Of a stretch of 45,510 bases of DNA, positions 9,018-18,134 are shown in pieces (the stretch's first letter is position 1; each line of letters starts with the position of its first letter). The stretch comes from a virus. Both the position numbers and the translations under genes were made by a program. The notes beneath the pieces were generated by a model. It saw only the letters and a program-made list of their open reading frames with translations. It searched no databases and was not told where the DNA came from. The stretch lies in the IMG/VR virus record IMGVR_UViG_3300033489_000513; one strand, 5' to 3'.

Positions 9018-9754
9018 AAGATTTTCCAAAAGTCCCTTTTGGTTTCACTGTTGCCTTGAATGAAGAAGAATGTATTGAAGGTTGGGTTCGGCAGGCAATG
9101 GATTTATGTGAAAAAGTTGCAGTGTATGTGGATCCCACTACAAATGATAAAACTGTTGAAATTCTCCATCATCTCCAATTAGAAAGTAAATATCAAGATC
9201 GATTAACCATTGGCGTTCAAGATCGCGCTCTGGGGAATGATGATAAATACCATCCAGGAACTATCCATATTTTTCACGTAAATCAAACGATGATTATTAA
9301 GAAATACGTGAAAGTAGGGACTTTTTTCTATTATCTGGATGTTGACGAGCGCATTAATCCATTTCAATATGGATTACTTGCTAGTGCCTTAACAGAAGCT
9401 CAGGAAAATGGAGCACAAGCCGTTCTTTCTGGCGCAAAATATGAATTTTATCCAGATGAAGAACATATCGTAAATTGGGGGTTTCCCGTTAATCAATATA
9501 TCTTTTTATTAAACGATGGAAAAATTGAACGAGACCCAAGTGCTCATGGAACATTCAATCTCAATCCCCCACTAAATTGTTGGGTAAGCAAAGTCCCAAT
9601 CTATCATTTTTCCCGCGTGAAAAAATCCCAAAAACCGTTCAAGTGGTGGGATGATTTGCCAAGTTCAGATTACGTGAAAATGCGCCAGAAAATTGGACGA
9701 ATAGATACAATCCCCTTTCATAATCGCATCCCCAATTGGAGGACGATGAAGTGA
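9014..9754 (+). CDS. Glycosyltransferase family 2-like
   Basis: ALNEEECI...DPTTNDKT...LDVDER...YHF. Confidence 0.75.
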   Translation: MKDFPKVPFGFTVALNEEECIEGWVRQAMDLCEKVAVYVDPTTNDKTVEILHHLQLESKYQDRLTIGVQDRALGNDDKYHPGTIHIFHVNQTMIIKKYVKVGTFFYYLDVDERINPFQYGLLASALTEAQENGAQAVLSGAKYEFYPDEEHIVNWGFPVNQYIFLLNDGKIERDPSAHGTFNLNPPLNCWVSKVPIYHFSRVKKSQKPFKWWDDLPSSDYVKMRQKIGRIDTIPFHNRIPNWRTMK

Positions 9755-10590
9755 ATTCTCTTCTCTTTCCCCCAAAATTTAAACTCGGAAAAGAATGGTC
9801 TCTCGTTCTGATTCATTATAACCAGAATGAACGAATCCCGATCTCGTTGAAATATTGGCGGGAACAAAGTATTCCTCCCACGGAAATTATCCTTTTGGAT
9901 GATGGGAGTTTGATTAAACCAGATTTACACGCACAAGGAAGAGAATCTATTTCTGTCTTTCATCTCGAACATACTGGGAATATTGGAGCAATATTGAATA
10001 AGGGAATTGACGCAACTCATACTCCAATCTTTATGACTGCTGAACCCAGTCTCCTGCCAGTAGGAAAATATTTCGCGGAAAAACAACTCGCTCGTTTGGA
10101 AAAGGGGAGTTTTCATATTCCCATTTATGCCATCACTTCTTCTTTACCAATGTTGGATATTGGGAATATTGATGCTTTCGATCATACTTTCGGACAGAAT
10201 CAAAGAACCTCCACTCGTTTTGGTGTGTGGAATATACCTGATCTTCAGACTCCAAGGAAGATAGAAGGTATGTGGTATCCCGTTGAAGGGCATTTTACCG
10301 CAAAAGCGGATTTCCTGCGATATAATGAGAAGTATACTTGTTGGGGGTTTTATGATCTCGACCTCGCCGTCCGATATTATCTGAAGGGAATCCAGATTTT
10401 CACTCAAGATGAAAGTGCCATATGTCATTGGAATCATCCCCGCATAGGTAATTGGTATGATCGCGCCAAAACCCAACCCCTTTTCGATTTTTGTAAGCGA
10501 TATTACGAAGCATATAAGATCACCACTTTAGATAAACAAACTGAAAACAAAATCTGGCAGGAATATTGCGATGTCCACCAAGCTGCTTGA
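9751..10590 (+). CDS. Glycosyltransferase family 2 with GT7-like C-terminus
   Basis: IHYN...LLDDGS...WGFYDLDL...HWNH; GTG start overlaps the upstream stop; paralog of 19255. Confidence 0.75.
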   Translation: MNSLLFPPKFKLGKEWSLVLIHYNQNERIPISLKYWREQSIPPTEIILLDDGSLIKPDLHAQGRESISVFHLEHTGNIGAILNKGIDATHTPIFMTAEPSLLPVGKYFAEKQLARLEKGSFHIPIYAITSSLPMLDIGNIDAFDHTFGQNQRTSTRFGVWNIPDLQTPRKIEGMWYPVEGHFTAKADFLRYNEKYTCWGFYDLDLAVRYYLKGIQIFTQDESAICHWNHPRIGNWYDRAKTQPLFDFCKRYYEAYKITTLDKQTENKIWQEYCDVHQAA

Positions 10591-11500
10591 AAATCCATTT
10601 GTTTCCAATGCCGCGAAACTAATGGGGAACATTGATCGTTTGGCGAAATTCAAGGAAACGGGAGAATTATTTCCCATCACCCTTGATATTGGTCCCACGG
10701 GTCGCTGCAATCAAAATTGCCCGTTTTGTTCCGTGAAAAACCGGAATCGAAATGAAGACTTAAATCTTCAAGATGCTTTGTTAATTACTAAATATTACGT
10801 CCATTATGGTGTTAAAGGTATTGAAATGACTGGAGGGGGGGAACCCACACTTTGGCCGCATTTTGAAGAATTCATCGAAAAGATTTCTCAGGAACCTGTA
10901 AAAATTGGATTAATTACAAATGGGCGGTTGCTTCACAAATATTCTCCAGAATTCCTCCGTCATTTCACTTGGATTAGAGTATCTGTGAATGGTATTGATG
11001 AAGGGTGGGTACCAAACTTTGAAATCCCCCCCGAAGTCACCTTTTCCTTTTCTTATGTCTGGCATCGTGGGACTGAAGATGAAAAAACGAATGAACGATT
11101 AAAACAAGTTTTGGAGAAATGTCCAAACGCCAAAGCGTTGAAGATTCAAAAGGATGTATTTATCGACCAATTAAACCCTATTTCAATAAATCCTCTTACA
11201 AACTCCCGTGTTTTTATAGGAGATAAGGGAATTGAAACAATTCCCGCTAAATGTTTCATTGGGTGGCTCAAACCACATTTGAGCGCAGATGGAAAAATCT
11301 ATCGGTGTTCAACTTGTGCGTTAAAAGAACGAAAATTCACATCCGAATTTGTGATGGGAGATGTAGATCATCTTCCTCTGTTTGTTCCCGACTCGAAAAC
11401 ATTCAATCCTGCTCAGCATTGTGAACGATGTTTCTATACCGCCCAAAATGAGTTGGTTCAGAAAGTTATGAATCCAATCGAACATTCCGAATTTTTATGA
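10571..11500 (+). CDS. Radical SAM protein, paralog of 6698-7714
   Basis: CNQNCPFC, TGGGEPT, ITNG, DGKIYRC. Confidence 0.9.
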   Translation: MSTKLLENPFVSNAAKLMGNIDRLAKFKETGELFPITLDIGPTGRCNQNCPFCSVKNRNRNEDLNLQDALLITKYYVHYGVKGIEMTGGGEPTLWPHFEEFIEKISQEPVKIGLITNGRLLHKYSPEFLRHFTWIRVSVNGIDEGWVPNFEIPPEVTFSFSYVWHRGTEDEKTNERLKQVLEKCPNAKALKIQKDVFIDQLNPISINPLTNSRVFIGDKGIETIPAKCFIGWLKPHLSADGKIYRCSTCALKERKFTSEFVMGDVDHLPLFVPDSKTFNPAQHCERCFYTAQNELVQKVMNPIEHSEFL

Positions 11501-12648
11501 TAGAAGCACAAATTATTATTCCTCCATCCCCCTTTTTGACAGATGAGTTAGTATTTCCACAACTCGGTCCATTATATATCAAACGATTTTGTGAAGAACG
11601 ATCTCAAGGAAATATAAGGGTGGATATAATCCGTATTAATAGTAAGAAGAAAATTGATCCTTTTCTTCCTACTGGTTTTTCGTGTACAACCCCACAATAT
11701 GCTTTTGCTAAAAAGGCTCATATGATGTTTTATGATAAAACAATTGTCGGGGGACCACACTGCGCGCATTACGATGTTTCAAAGGATAAGTGGAATTTCA
11801 TAATCAAAGGGGACGGGTGCTTTCCGTTTTATGACATTCTCAACGGAAATCAACCCATAGAACAATATGACCCAGTTGATCAACTTCCATACCGCGATGA
11901 AAGCCTTCACGATTATAAATACTACCTCGATGGCAATCCAACAACGGTTATGATGACTGCAAGGGGCTGTCCAAACAACTGTTATTTCTGTGAAGATGCG
12001 AAGAAAGCAGTGAGATTGAAGAGCATAGGCATAGTCAAAAAAGAACTGAAAGAATGTGTGGACTTAGGATTTAGCGGGATTATGTTTTTTGATGATCTCT
12101 TTTGTATTAATCTGTCTCGCGTGAAGAAACTCTGTGACATTATTAAACCTTTCAAAATTAAATTCCGGTGTTTCGCGCACGCGCGTAACTTTTCTCGTGA
12201 AATGGCTCAACTCTTAAAAGGGGCGGGGGTTATAGAGATCGGATTTGGCGCAGAACACGCAGACCAACGAATTCTTGATTTAATTAATAAAAAAACAACT
12301 GTTAAGCAAAATTATGATCTTGTGAAAACTGCCCACGAATTTGGCATTCGTGTCAAAGCATTCACGATGTTGGGCTTACCTGGGGAAAATAAAGTATCAG
12401 TAGAGGCATTACGGAAGTTCATAACAACTTCTGGCATTGATGATTATGATGTAACCGTATATTATCCCTATAGAGGCACATACATAGCAGATCATCCAAA
12501 CCAATTCGATTTACAAGTTGAGAAAAATGGTAGTGGATTTTATAAAGGAAGAGGAGGAATTTCAGAATATACAGTTCGAACTTCCGCGTTAACATCTCAA
12601 CAAATACAAATAATACAAAGAGAATTATTGTTATATAAGAAAAGATAA
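11497..12648 (+). CDS. B12-binding radical SAM protein (class B methyltransferase-like)
   Basis: IVGGPH, TARGCPNNCYFC, FFDDLF, AGVIEIGFGAE, MLGLPGE, PYRGT. Confidence 0.9.
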   Translation: MIEAQIIIPPSPFLTDELVFPQLGPLYIKRFCEERSQGNIRVDIIRINSKKKIDPFLPTGFSCTTPQYAFAKKAHMMFYDKTIVGGPHCAHYDVSKDKWNFIIKGDGCFPFYDILNGNQPIEQYDPVDQLPYRDESLHDYKYYLDGNPTTVMMTARGCPNNCYFCEDAKKAVRLKSIGIVKKELKECVDLGFSGIMFFDDLFCINLSRVKKLCDIIKPFKIKFRCFAHARNFSREMAQLLKGAGVIEIGFGAEHADQRILDLINKKTTVKQNYDLVKTAHEFGIRVKAFTMLGLPGENKVSVEALRKFITTSGIDDYDVTVYYPYRGTYIADHPNQFDLQVEKNGSGFYKGRGGISEYTVRTSALTSQQIQIIQRELLLYKKR

Positions 12649-12656
12649 TTCAAATA

Positions 12657-13173
12657 TAGTTTATCCTTATAGATAGAGAATAATTATTTTCTCCAAGCAA
12701 TCCGAGCATAGCAAATGCGGTTCACCCCTATGAGTAGGGAATAATTACGCCAAATCCAATCTCGACACATCCCGCTTCCGGTTCACCCCTATATGTAGGG
12801 AATAATTAAGTCAACAGTTTCTTTCGCTACTGGCGGATCTGGTTCACCCCTATATGTAGGGAATAATTCACTATATCAAGAGTTCAATTTATGGCTCCCG
12901 CGGTTCACCCCTATATGTAGGGAATAATTATCGCAATGAGCGAGCTTATAGAACGTGCCATCGGTTCACCCCTATATGTAGGGAATAATTCTTCGTGAGG
13001 GGGGGTATTTCCAATTTTTCCACGGTTCACCCCTATATGTAGGGAATAATTGGGGCGATTCTCCACCGCTTGCCCAACTTTATCGGTTCACCCCTATATG
13101 TAGGGAATAATTAGAAGAGAATGCATTAATTTTGGCAGCGATTACGGTTCACCCCTATATGTAGGGAATAATT
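12657..13173 (-). CRISPR. Type I-E CRISPR array: 8 conserved 29-bp repeats plus one degenerate trailer repeat, 8 spacers of 32 bp
   Basis: Repeat CGGTTCACCCCTATATGTAGGGAATAATT at 12718, 12779, 12840, 12901, 12962, 13023, 13084 and 13145 (61-bp period); degenerate copy at 12657; minus strand ends in AACCG like type I-E repeats. Confidence 0.97.
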
Positions 13174-13234
13174 ACTGGAAAATGTTTGTAGAATTGAGTA
13201 ATCCATTCAAGATTCTGCGGGTGTATATCTATGT

Positions 13235-13876
13235 CTAAGAAGGGCCAATTAAGAGCAATCCCAACCCGAATGCTTTCCCCGGCCCAATTCCTTTTTGGAG
13301 AGTTTGAAAAAATTGATCCAAATCGGTTATTCGTAATGTACCTTCAAAATCAACTGTATTTAAAATTATCTTTGCTTCATTTGTCTGGGGATTGCGTGGT
13401 CTCCATCCATCCATTGAAATAACCACAGTTACAAGAGAAAATCCTTTTTGTTGGGACTGCTTTTGTAACCAATTTATTTGATCCTCTCTTTTTAAAAGGG
13501 GTTTTCTCTTCCGATTAACATCATAAATTGTGGGGTTTGCCCGTAAAGTAAAACGAAGGATTTTGTTGGGGGTTATTTGCTTCAATTGAGAAGATATTTC
13601 CTTTACCATAAATCCACCCATATAACCAGGATAATGTGAGATAAGTTGTTCCCACTTTGGTTTTTCGGTAGATTGAGCCCAAATAATGGAACGATTTCCA
13701 TTAGGAATAACTCGAAATAAAACATTGAAATATGCCCGCGCCATTCCTTCTACATTTTTGTTTATAACAGTAGGGAAAGCAGACATTATTGTTCGATGTA
13801 ATTCTTTCATATTACCCATATCTCTTTGAGATTGGGGATTTTCGACACGTAAAAGCAATTTCGATAAATAAATCAT
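13235..13876 (-). CDS. cas6e: Cas6e (Cse3)
   Basis: YLSKL, LH, LFRV, FTLRANPT, GIGPGKAFGLGLL. Confidence 0.95.
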   Translation of the reverse strand: MIYLSKLLLRVENPQSQRDMGNMKELHRTIMSAFPTVINKNVEGMARAYFNVLFRVIPNGNRSIIWAQSTEKPKWEQLISHYPGYMGGFMVKEISSQLKQITPNKILRFTLRANPTIYDVNRKRKPLLKREDQINWLQKQSQQKGFSLVTVVISMDGWRPRNPQTNEAKIILNTVDFEGTLRITDLDQFFQTLQKGIGPGKAFGLGLLLIGPS

Positions 13877-14535
13877 AGTATTTTCGCCTTGGGTATCGGA
13901 ACTTGAAATCTTCGAATATTGCGGAACGAATATAATCGCGATATGGGGGTATTTGTAATGCGATCTTGGAGGAGATTTTCACCAAGAGGATCTTCGATGA
14001 TACATTTAAGTGTTTTTGGAATTGGGAAAGAACTTTGCCAAGGATGATACCGTATTGCTTCTTCAAGGGAACTATATTTCGGGGATAATTCTTCAAAGGG
14101 AGGGCGAGTAGGGGGACAACTCTTTCTGCCTAAATAAAGAATCCATTTTGGATTTTGTAATGCTTGAGCACATTTTGTTAATAATTCAAAATTTCCCGCA
14201 AATATCGCGAGAAATGAACCATCGAAAATATATTTTCTCTTAGAAACAATTGTCTCGTCTCGGATTTTTCTTTTACTATTTAGCGATCCTTTAATAGTTT
14301 GATAGTCGAGAGAAATATCCCCCTCTCTTTCAACGCGGATAGCAAGGGTTAAGTTTAAATCTAACTCAAGAATTTGGGGATCGTTGTGATGATAACCAAG
14401 GGCACAAGCAAGCAATCCAATAAGGCCAGACTTTGTTGGTTCCAAATTTGTATTTCGGAAATCATAACGAGTATAAAGACCCCATGATTGCATTGGAGCT
14501 TCTAATCGAAGTATAAGGAAAAGGGGATTAGACAT
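13873..14535 (-). CDS. cas5e: Cas5e (CasD), normal length, no HNH
   Basis: LRLEAPMQSWG, PTKSGLIGLLACALG, LYLGRKSCPP. Confidence 0.95.
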   Translation of the reverse strand: MSNPLFLILRLEAPMQSWGLYTRYDFRNTNLEPTKSGLIGLLACALGYHHNDPQILELDLNLTLAIRVEREGDISLDYQTIKGSLNSKRKIRDETIVSKRKYIFDGSFLAIFAGNFELLTKCAQALQNPKWILYLGRKSCPPTRPPFEELSPKYSSLEEAIRYHPWQSSFPIPKTLKCIIEDPLGENLLQDRITNTPISRLYSFRNIRRFQVPIPKAKIL

Positions 14536-14553
14536 AAAAAATCCTCCTTAGAT

Positions 14554-15789
14554 TTAGAAATATGAAAGAATCACTTCCAACAAATCATTCACATTTTCAT
14601 ATTTGGAAGCATTGGAAGGCGGGGGAAGACCTTGACCAACTGATGTGGTAAACCAAAGGCGGTGTATAGTTTCGAGGGAAAAACACTTTGTCAATTCATC
14701 TGCGTGTTTAATTAATGTTGCGATACTGTTTTCGATGAGTTTTCCCGATGCCTCAATTGGATTTGAAAACGCATTTGCATAACTAAGGGAACCTTTCTTC
14801 GGTCGGATCTCAATCAGGATCGCGTCAGGTAGTGAAAAGGCGGCAAAGGCATTTTGTTTCCCACTTGGATTGGTATAGATAATTGCTTTTAAACACGCTT
14901 TAATACTTAATTTTAAAATTTCCTTTAAATTTGTTTTAAAATGGGGGTTAAGATTGACACGAAGTTGATCCGTATCTATCGAAAAATACTTGTAAAAACA
15001 AGCGCTATTATAGGGGATATGACCTGCCATAGCAAATCCCTTTGTATCTAAATCATCAATTGCTGAGAAGTAATCAAATTCCAGTTCAATGGGATTTGTG
15101 GAGATTGCATGAGCTACTTGTAACGCGGCTTTAACATCAGGAAAAGCATCTGAAGTCGTCATACGTCCCAGAAGCGCGATGTCTGGCGTTAAGTAGGGTT
15201 TCAATTTCTTGACACTTTTAATTTTAGTTTGTAGTAGTTTCAAATCCGTTGCTTCAAGGTTTGGATCTATCTTTTCCTTTGCATTTTTCTTTGCGGTTTT
15301 CGGCGTGATATAATTTTCGGGATGATTAATGGCATCACAAAACACATCCGCATTCAAGACTACCTCTTGATCTGTAAAGAAGATTCGTTGTTTCGTGATA
15401 TGTTTCTGAGTAATGTCCTCCGTTTCTTCATTTGATTCCGTCTCACTATTTTCGGGATCTTCTTCCTTTGAAGGGGATTGGGAAGTTGTCCCAAACGCAG
15501 CGACCTTCTGAGCTGCAATCTCCGCTAATTGTGGGGAAACCTTCCGCCGGTTTAGTTCAGCTCTCACAAGTTCGGGGAGGGTTCTGCTCGCGATTCCTAA
15601 GGGGATACCCGCCAGAATCTGCTTGAACTCTGGAGAAACACGAATATTCCTTTTGAGACATTGACTGGAAATTCGTGCGCGTTGAACGCCTCCAAAGATG
15701 GCTGTCTTTGGATTATTGTTTTCATCTCGATTTAAATTACTCGGAGCGTAGTTTTCTAAGATATGGATCTCGATTAACATAGATTTCAT
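14554..15789 (-). CDS. cas7: Cas7 (Cse4)
   Basis: PSNLNRD, GGVQRARISSQCLKR, DIALLGRM, QVAHAIST, PSGKQNAFA. Confidence 0.96.
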   Translation of the reverse strand: MKSMLIEIHILENYAPSNLNRDENNNPKTAIFGGVQRARISSQCLKRNIRVSPEFKQILAGIPLGIASRTLPELVRAELNRRKVSPQLAEIAAQKVAAFGTTSQSPSKEEDPENSETESNEETEDITQKHITKQRIFFTDQEVVLNADVFCDAINHPENYITPKTAKKNAKEKIDPNLEATDLKLLQTKIKSVKKLKPYLTPDIALLGRMTTSDAFPDVKAALQVAHAISTNPIELEFDYFSAIDDLDTKGFAMAGHIPYNSACFYKYFSIDTDQLRVNLNPHFKTNLKEILKLSIKACLKAIIYTNPSGKQNAFAAFSLPDAILIEIRPKKGSLSYANAFSNPIEASGKLIENSIATLIKHADELTKCFSLETIHRLWFTTSVGQGLPPPSNASKYENVNDLLEVILSYF

Positions 15790-15792
15790 TCC

Positions 15793-16515
15793 TTATTTTT
15801 TTCCATTAAGATATGAGTTTAACCATTTAGATTGTACGTGATGATCTGATGCATTCCATTCAAGGAGATCTTGATTTAATTGATTATAATCCACACAACA
15901 ACTTTTTTTTAGGGCGAGTTTTTCAACAAAATAAGCAAGATTTCGTAATAACATTCCATTCCGTTCACTACGAATCATAAATCGTATTTTTGTTGTATGT
16001 ATATCACAAATGCCAAGAAATCGAATAATTATTCCAAAATTCTCGGCAATTCTTCTATTTCTATTAGGGAAGTTTATTCTTGACAAAAGGGAGGTCATTT
16101 CTTGTGCCGAAAAGATTTGAGTAGAAGGAGATTGAGATAAAACTCTTGCAACATCAAAGCGAGTTTTTAAGATTGTCTTGCAATTGAGATTTATTTGTCC
16201 TTTGGAGTTTAATTCTTGGGGCGAACCAATGTATTCATATAAGAGAGGAAGACAATCCCGATGCCGTGTTTCACTTCCACACCCTTGAAATTGTTGTGTG
16301 AGCTTTAAGAGATTAGCTTCAATCGAAGGCGCGGGAATACGTTTTAATATTTTGACGTACCCATAATTTGCAGTTTGAAAATCTTTACGTCTTTGTTCAA
16401 CATCTTGAGATTCCCCAAGTTTAAGAGGACCGTTTTCTCCTAATTCCATTATATATGTATCTTGGGGACTATCAGTTTTTGTTTGTTCATCTTCAAGGAA
16501 TTTTTCATTTTCCAT
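15793..16515 (-). CDS. cas11: Cas11 (Cse2) fused to an N-terminal GIY-YIG-like (T5orf172/MUG113) domain
   Basis: Located between cas8e and cas7; C-terminal VDYNQLNQDLLEW...VQSKWLNSY fits Cse2; N-terminal TYIMELGENGPLKLGESQDVEQRRKDFQTAN fits T5orf172. Confidence 0.8.
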   Translation of the reverse strand: MENEKFLEDEQTKTDSPQDTYIMELGENGPLKLGESQDVEQRRKDFQTANYGYVKILKRIPAPSIEANLLKLTQQFQGCGSETRHRDCLPLLYEYIGSPQELNSKGQINLNCKTILKTRFDVARVLSQSPSTQIFSAQEMTSLLSRINFPNRNRRIAENFGIIIRFLGICDIHTTKIRFMIRSERNGMLLRNLAYFVEKLALKKSCCVDYNQLNQDLLEWNASDHHVQSKWLNSYLNGKK

Positions 16516-17893
16516 TTATTTCTACATCCTTTATTCGTTGATATTTTGCCAAAATTAAGGGATAGATTTGATTTTGTTTTAAAAACTTAGATAAGCATTC
16601 AATTCCAATGTCCTTTATTTGGTCTGGATTTAAAGAATCAATATTATTGAAGAATGGAATCAACTTTTCCCAAAAAGATGAAATAATGTTCTTTTTCAAT
16701 TGATTCCTTAAAACGGAAGTATATTTCGCGAGATCTGAAAGATAAATGGATTTTATTATAAGATTAATTGTATTTGAAGCGATAGAGATCATATTTTGTA
16801 TTGAGGAAAAAGACTTCAATGAAATCTTTTCCTTTACTTCATCATAAAATTTCATGTCTCCATCTGTAATTAAACCATATACTTGAATGGAAGAATTTTT
16901 CTTGTTGATTCCTTCCATAAGAATTGATTGAGTTATGAAGGGGGGAAGTTCAGGTTTCTTCAGACAAAGTTGAACCCACACATTTGGGGAATAAGGATTG
17001 GGATAACCACTAAAGTTAGGACGAAAAGGTTTCTTTTTTACATATGCAACGTTTGAATCCTTCCACAATTCTTTCTTCTTATTGCGACCCCAACCAGCAC
17101 GAAAAATTACGTTTTTAATTAAGAGAGGGACATTCTTACCAGAATATTCACAAGTCCCTCCTGTTGAAGGAAAGAGATGTACAATACGGGGTTGCCAAGT
17201 TAATCCTTCTAAAATCATAGCAGAATCAAATGACTTCTTAGAAACACATACATCCGAACGCCAAAAGGGAATACCCATTAAGGAAGAAGAAGAGATAAAT
17301 GCATAAACATTAAACATTAATGTTTCAAATAGATTATGTCCTTTTAACATAAAATACCAAGGCGGCATTCCATTTATACTTGGGGAATTGCCTTTACCGC
17401 CAGATGTAATAAACGCAGGAAAACTACATAACGCCTGAGCGCAAATTTCTGGAGAAAGAGATTGAGGATTCTTATGAATGAAAAAAGAAGAGTTTATGCC
17501 ATGAGGAAAATTTTGAATTAAAATTGAAACGGAGTGACATTTCTTCTCGTCTAAGTCAGGGGTTTGGTAGAAAGGATGCTTATTATCAAATAAATCGAAA
17601 CGAGATTTCCATAAAGCGATATAATCTTGAATTGTCTGTAAATCAAATTTCTTTTGTTCAATAATTGATTTTACTGAAGTTATCGTTATAGAGAATGCAT
17701 CAAGAATAAATGCAAAAAGAAATCGATACATTCCAAATTCAAAAATGGGGGAAGAATCATAAATCTCCCGAAGATTATATGCATTTTCCAAAATCTCCAA
17801 AATACTATAGACTTGTACTTGATTTTGGAAGTTCATAGCAGGAATCCATTTCTCAAACAATAAATTATAGGAAATGGGAAGATACTTACACAT
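16505..17893 (-). CDS. cas8e: Cas8e (Cse1)
   Basis: YNLLFEKWIP, RFDLFDNKHPFYQ, GHNLFETL, LTWQPRIV. Confidence 0.92.
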   Translation of the reverse strand: MCKYLPISYNLLFEKWIPAMNFQNQVQVYSILEILENAYNLREIYDSSPIFEFGMYRFLFAFILDAFSITITSVKSIIEQKKFDLQTIQDYIALWKSRFDLFDNKHPFYQTPDLDEKKCHSVSILIQNFPHGINSSFFIHKNPQSLSPEICAQALCSFPAFITSGGKGNSPSINGMPPWYFMLKGHNLFETLMFNVYAFISSSSLMGIPFWRSDVCVSKKSFDSAMILEGLTWQPRIVHLFPSTGGTCEYSGKNVPLLIKNVIFRAGWGRNKKKELWKDSNVAYVKKKPFRPNFSGYPNPYSPNVWVQLCLKKPELPPFITQSILMEGINKKNSSIQVYGLITDGDMKFYDEVKEKISLKSFSSIQNMISIASNTINLIIKSIYLSDLAKYTSVLRNQLKKNIISSFWEKLIPFFNNIDSLNPDQIKDIGIECLSKFLKQNQIYPLILAKYQRIKDVEINGK

Positions 17894-17914
17894 AGATAAA
17901 ATAACGGTTGTATT

Positions 17915-17927
17915 TATTTAAATCTTT
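17915..17927 (-). promoter_or_regulatory. Putative archaeal BRE/TATA promoter of the cas operon
   Basis: AAAGATTTAAATA ending 21 nt before the cas8e ATG; no Shine-Dalgarno. Confidence 0.5.
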
Positions 17928-17974
17928 GTGAGAAAGAATATAAAATAAAAGGTGATCGGAAATCCGCATTGCCT

Positions 17975-18063
17975 CGGTTCACCCCTATAGTAGGGAATAA
18001 TTTGGCAAGGATATTGCATCGCAGATAACAACATCGGTTCACCCCTATATGTAGGGAATAATT
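17975..18063 (-). CRISPR. Mini CRISPR array: 2 repeats, one 32-bp spacer
   Basis: Same repeat at 18035-18063 (perfect) and 17975-18002 (1-nt loop deletion). Confidence 0.93.
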
Positions 18064-18134
18064 CTGGTCTAAGATCTCTTGGAGAAACACGGTTTCATAG
18101 TAAAATCGGCAAGTCTCACAAGATTCACTCATTT

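Noticed and set aside
12220-12390. Active self-targeting of the resident rSAM gene
   Set aside because: Each spacer has 9 mismatches including seed positions, and one site has AAA instead of AAG
17943-17974. Sequence beyond the last mini-array repeat matches the AbrB-like gene start (22933-22964) at 20/32 nt with a 15/17 core
   Set aside because: Seed mismatches, CAG at the PAM position and no closing repeat; plausible by chance given the number of comparisons made
13235-18063. CRISPR-associated transposon (CAST) or HNH-Cascade
   Set aside because: No tnsABC, tniQ or integrase is visible, and neither Cas5 nor Cas8 has an HNH domain
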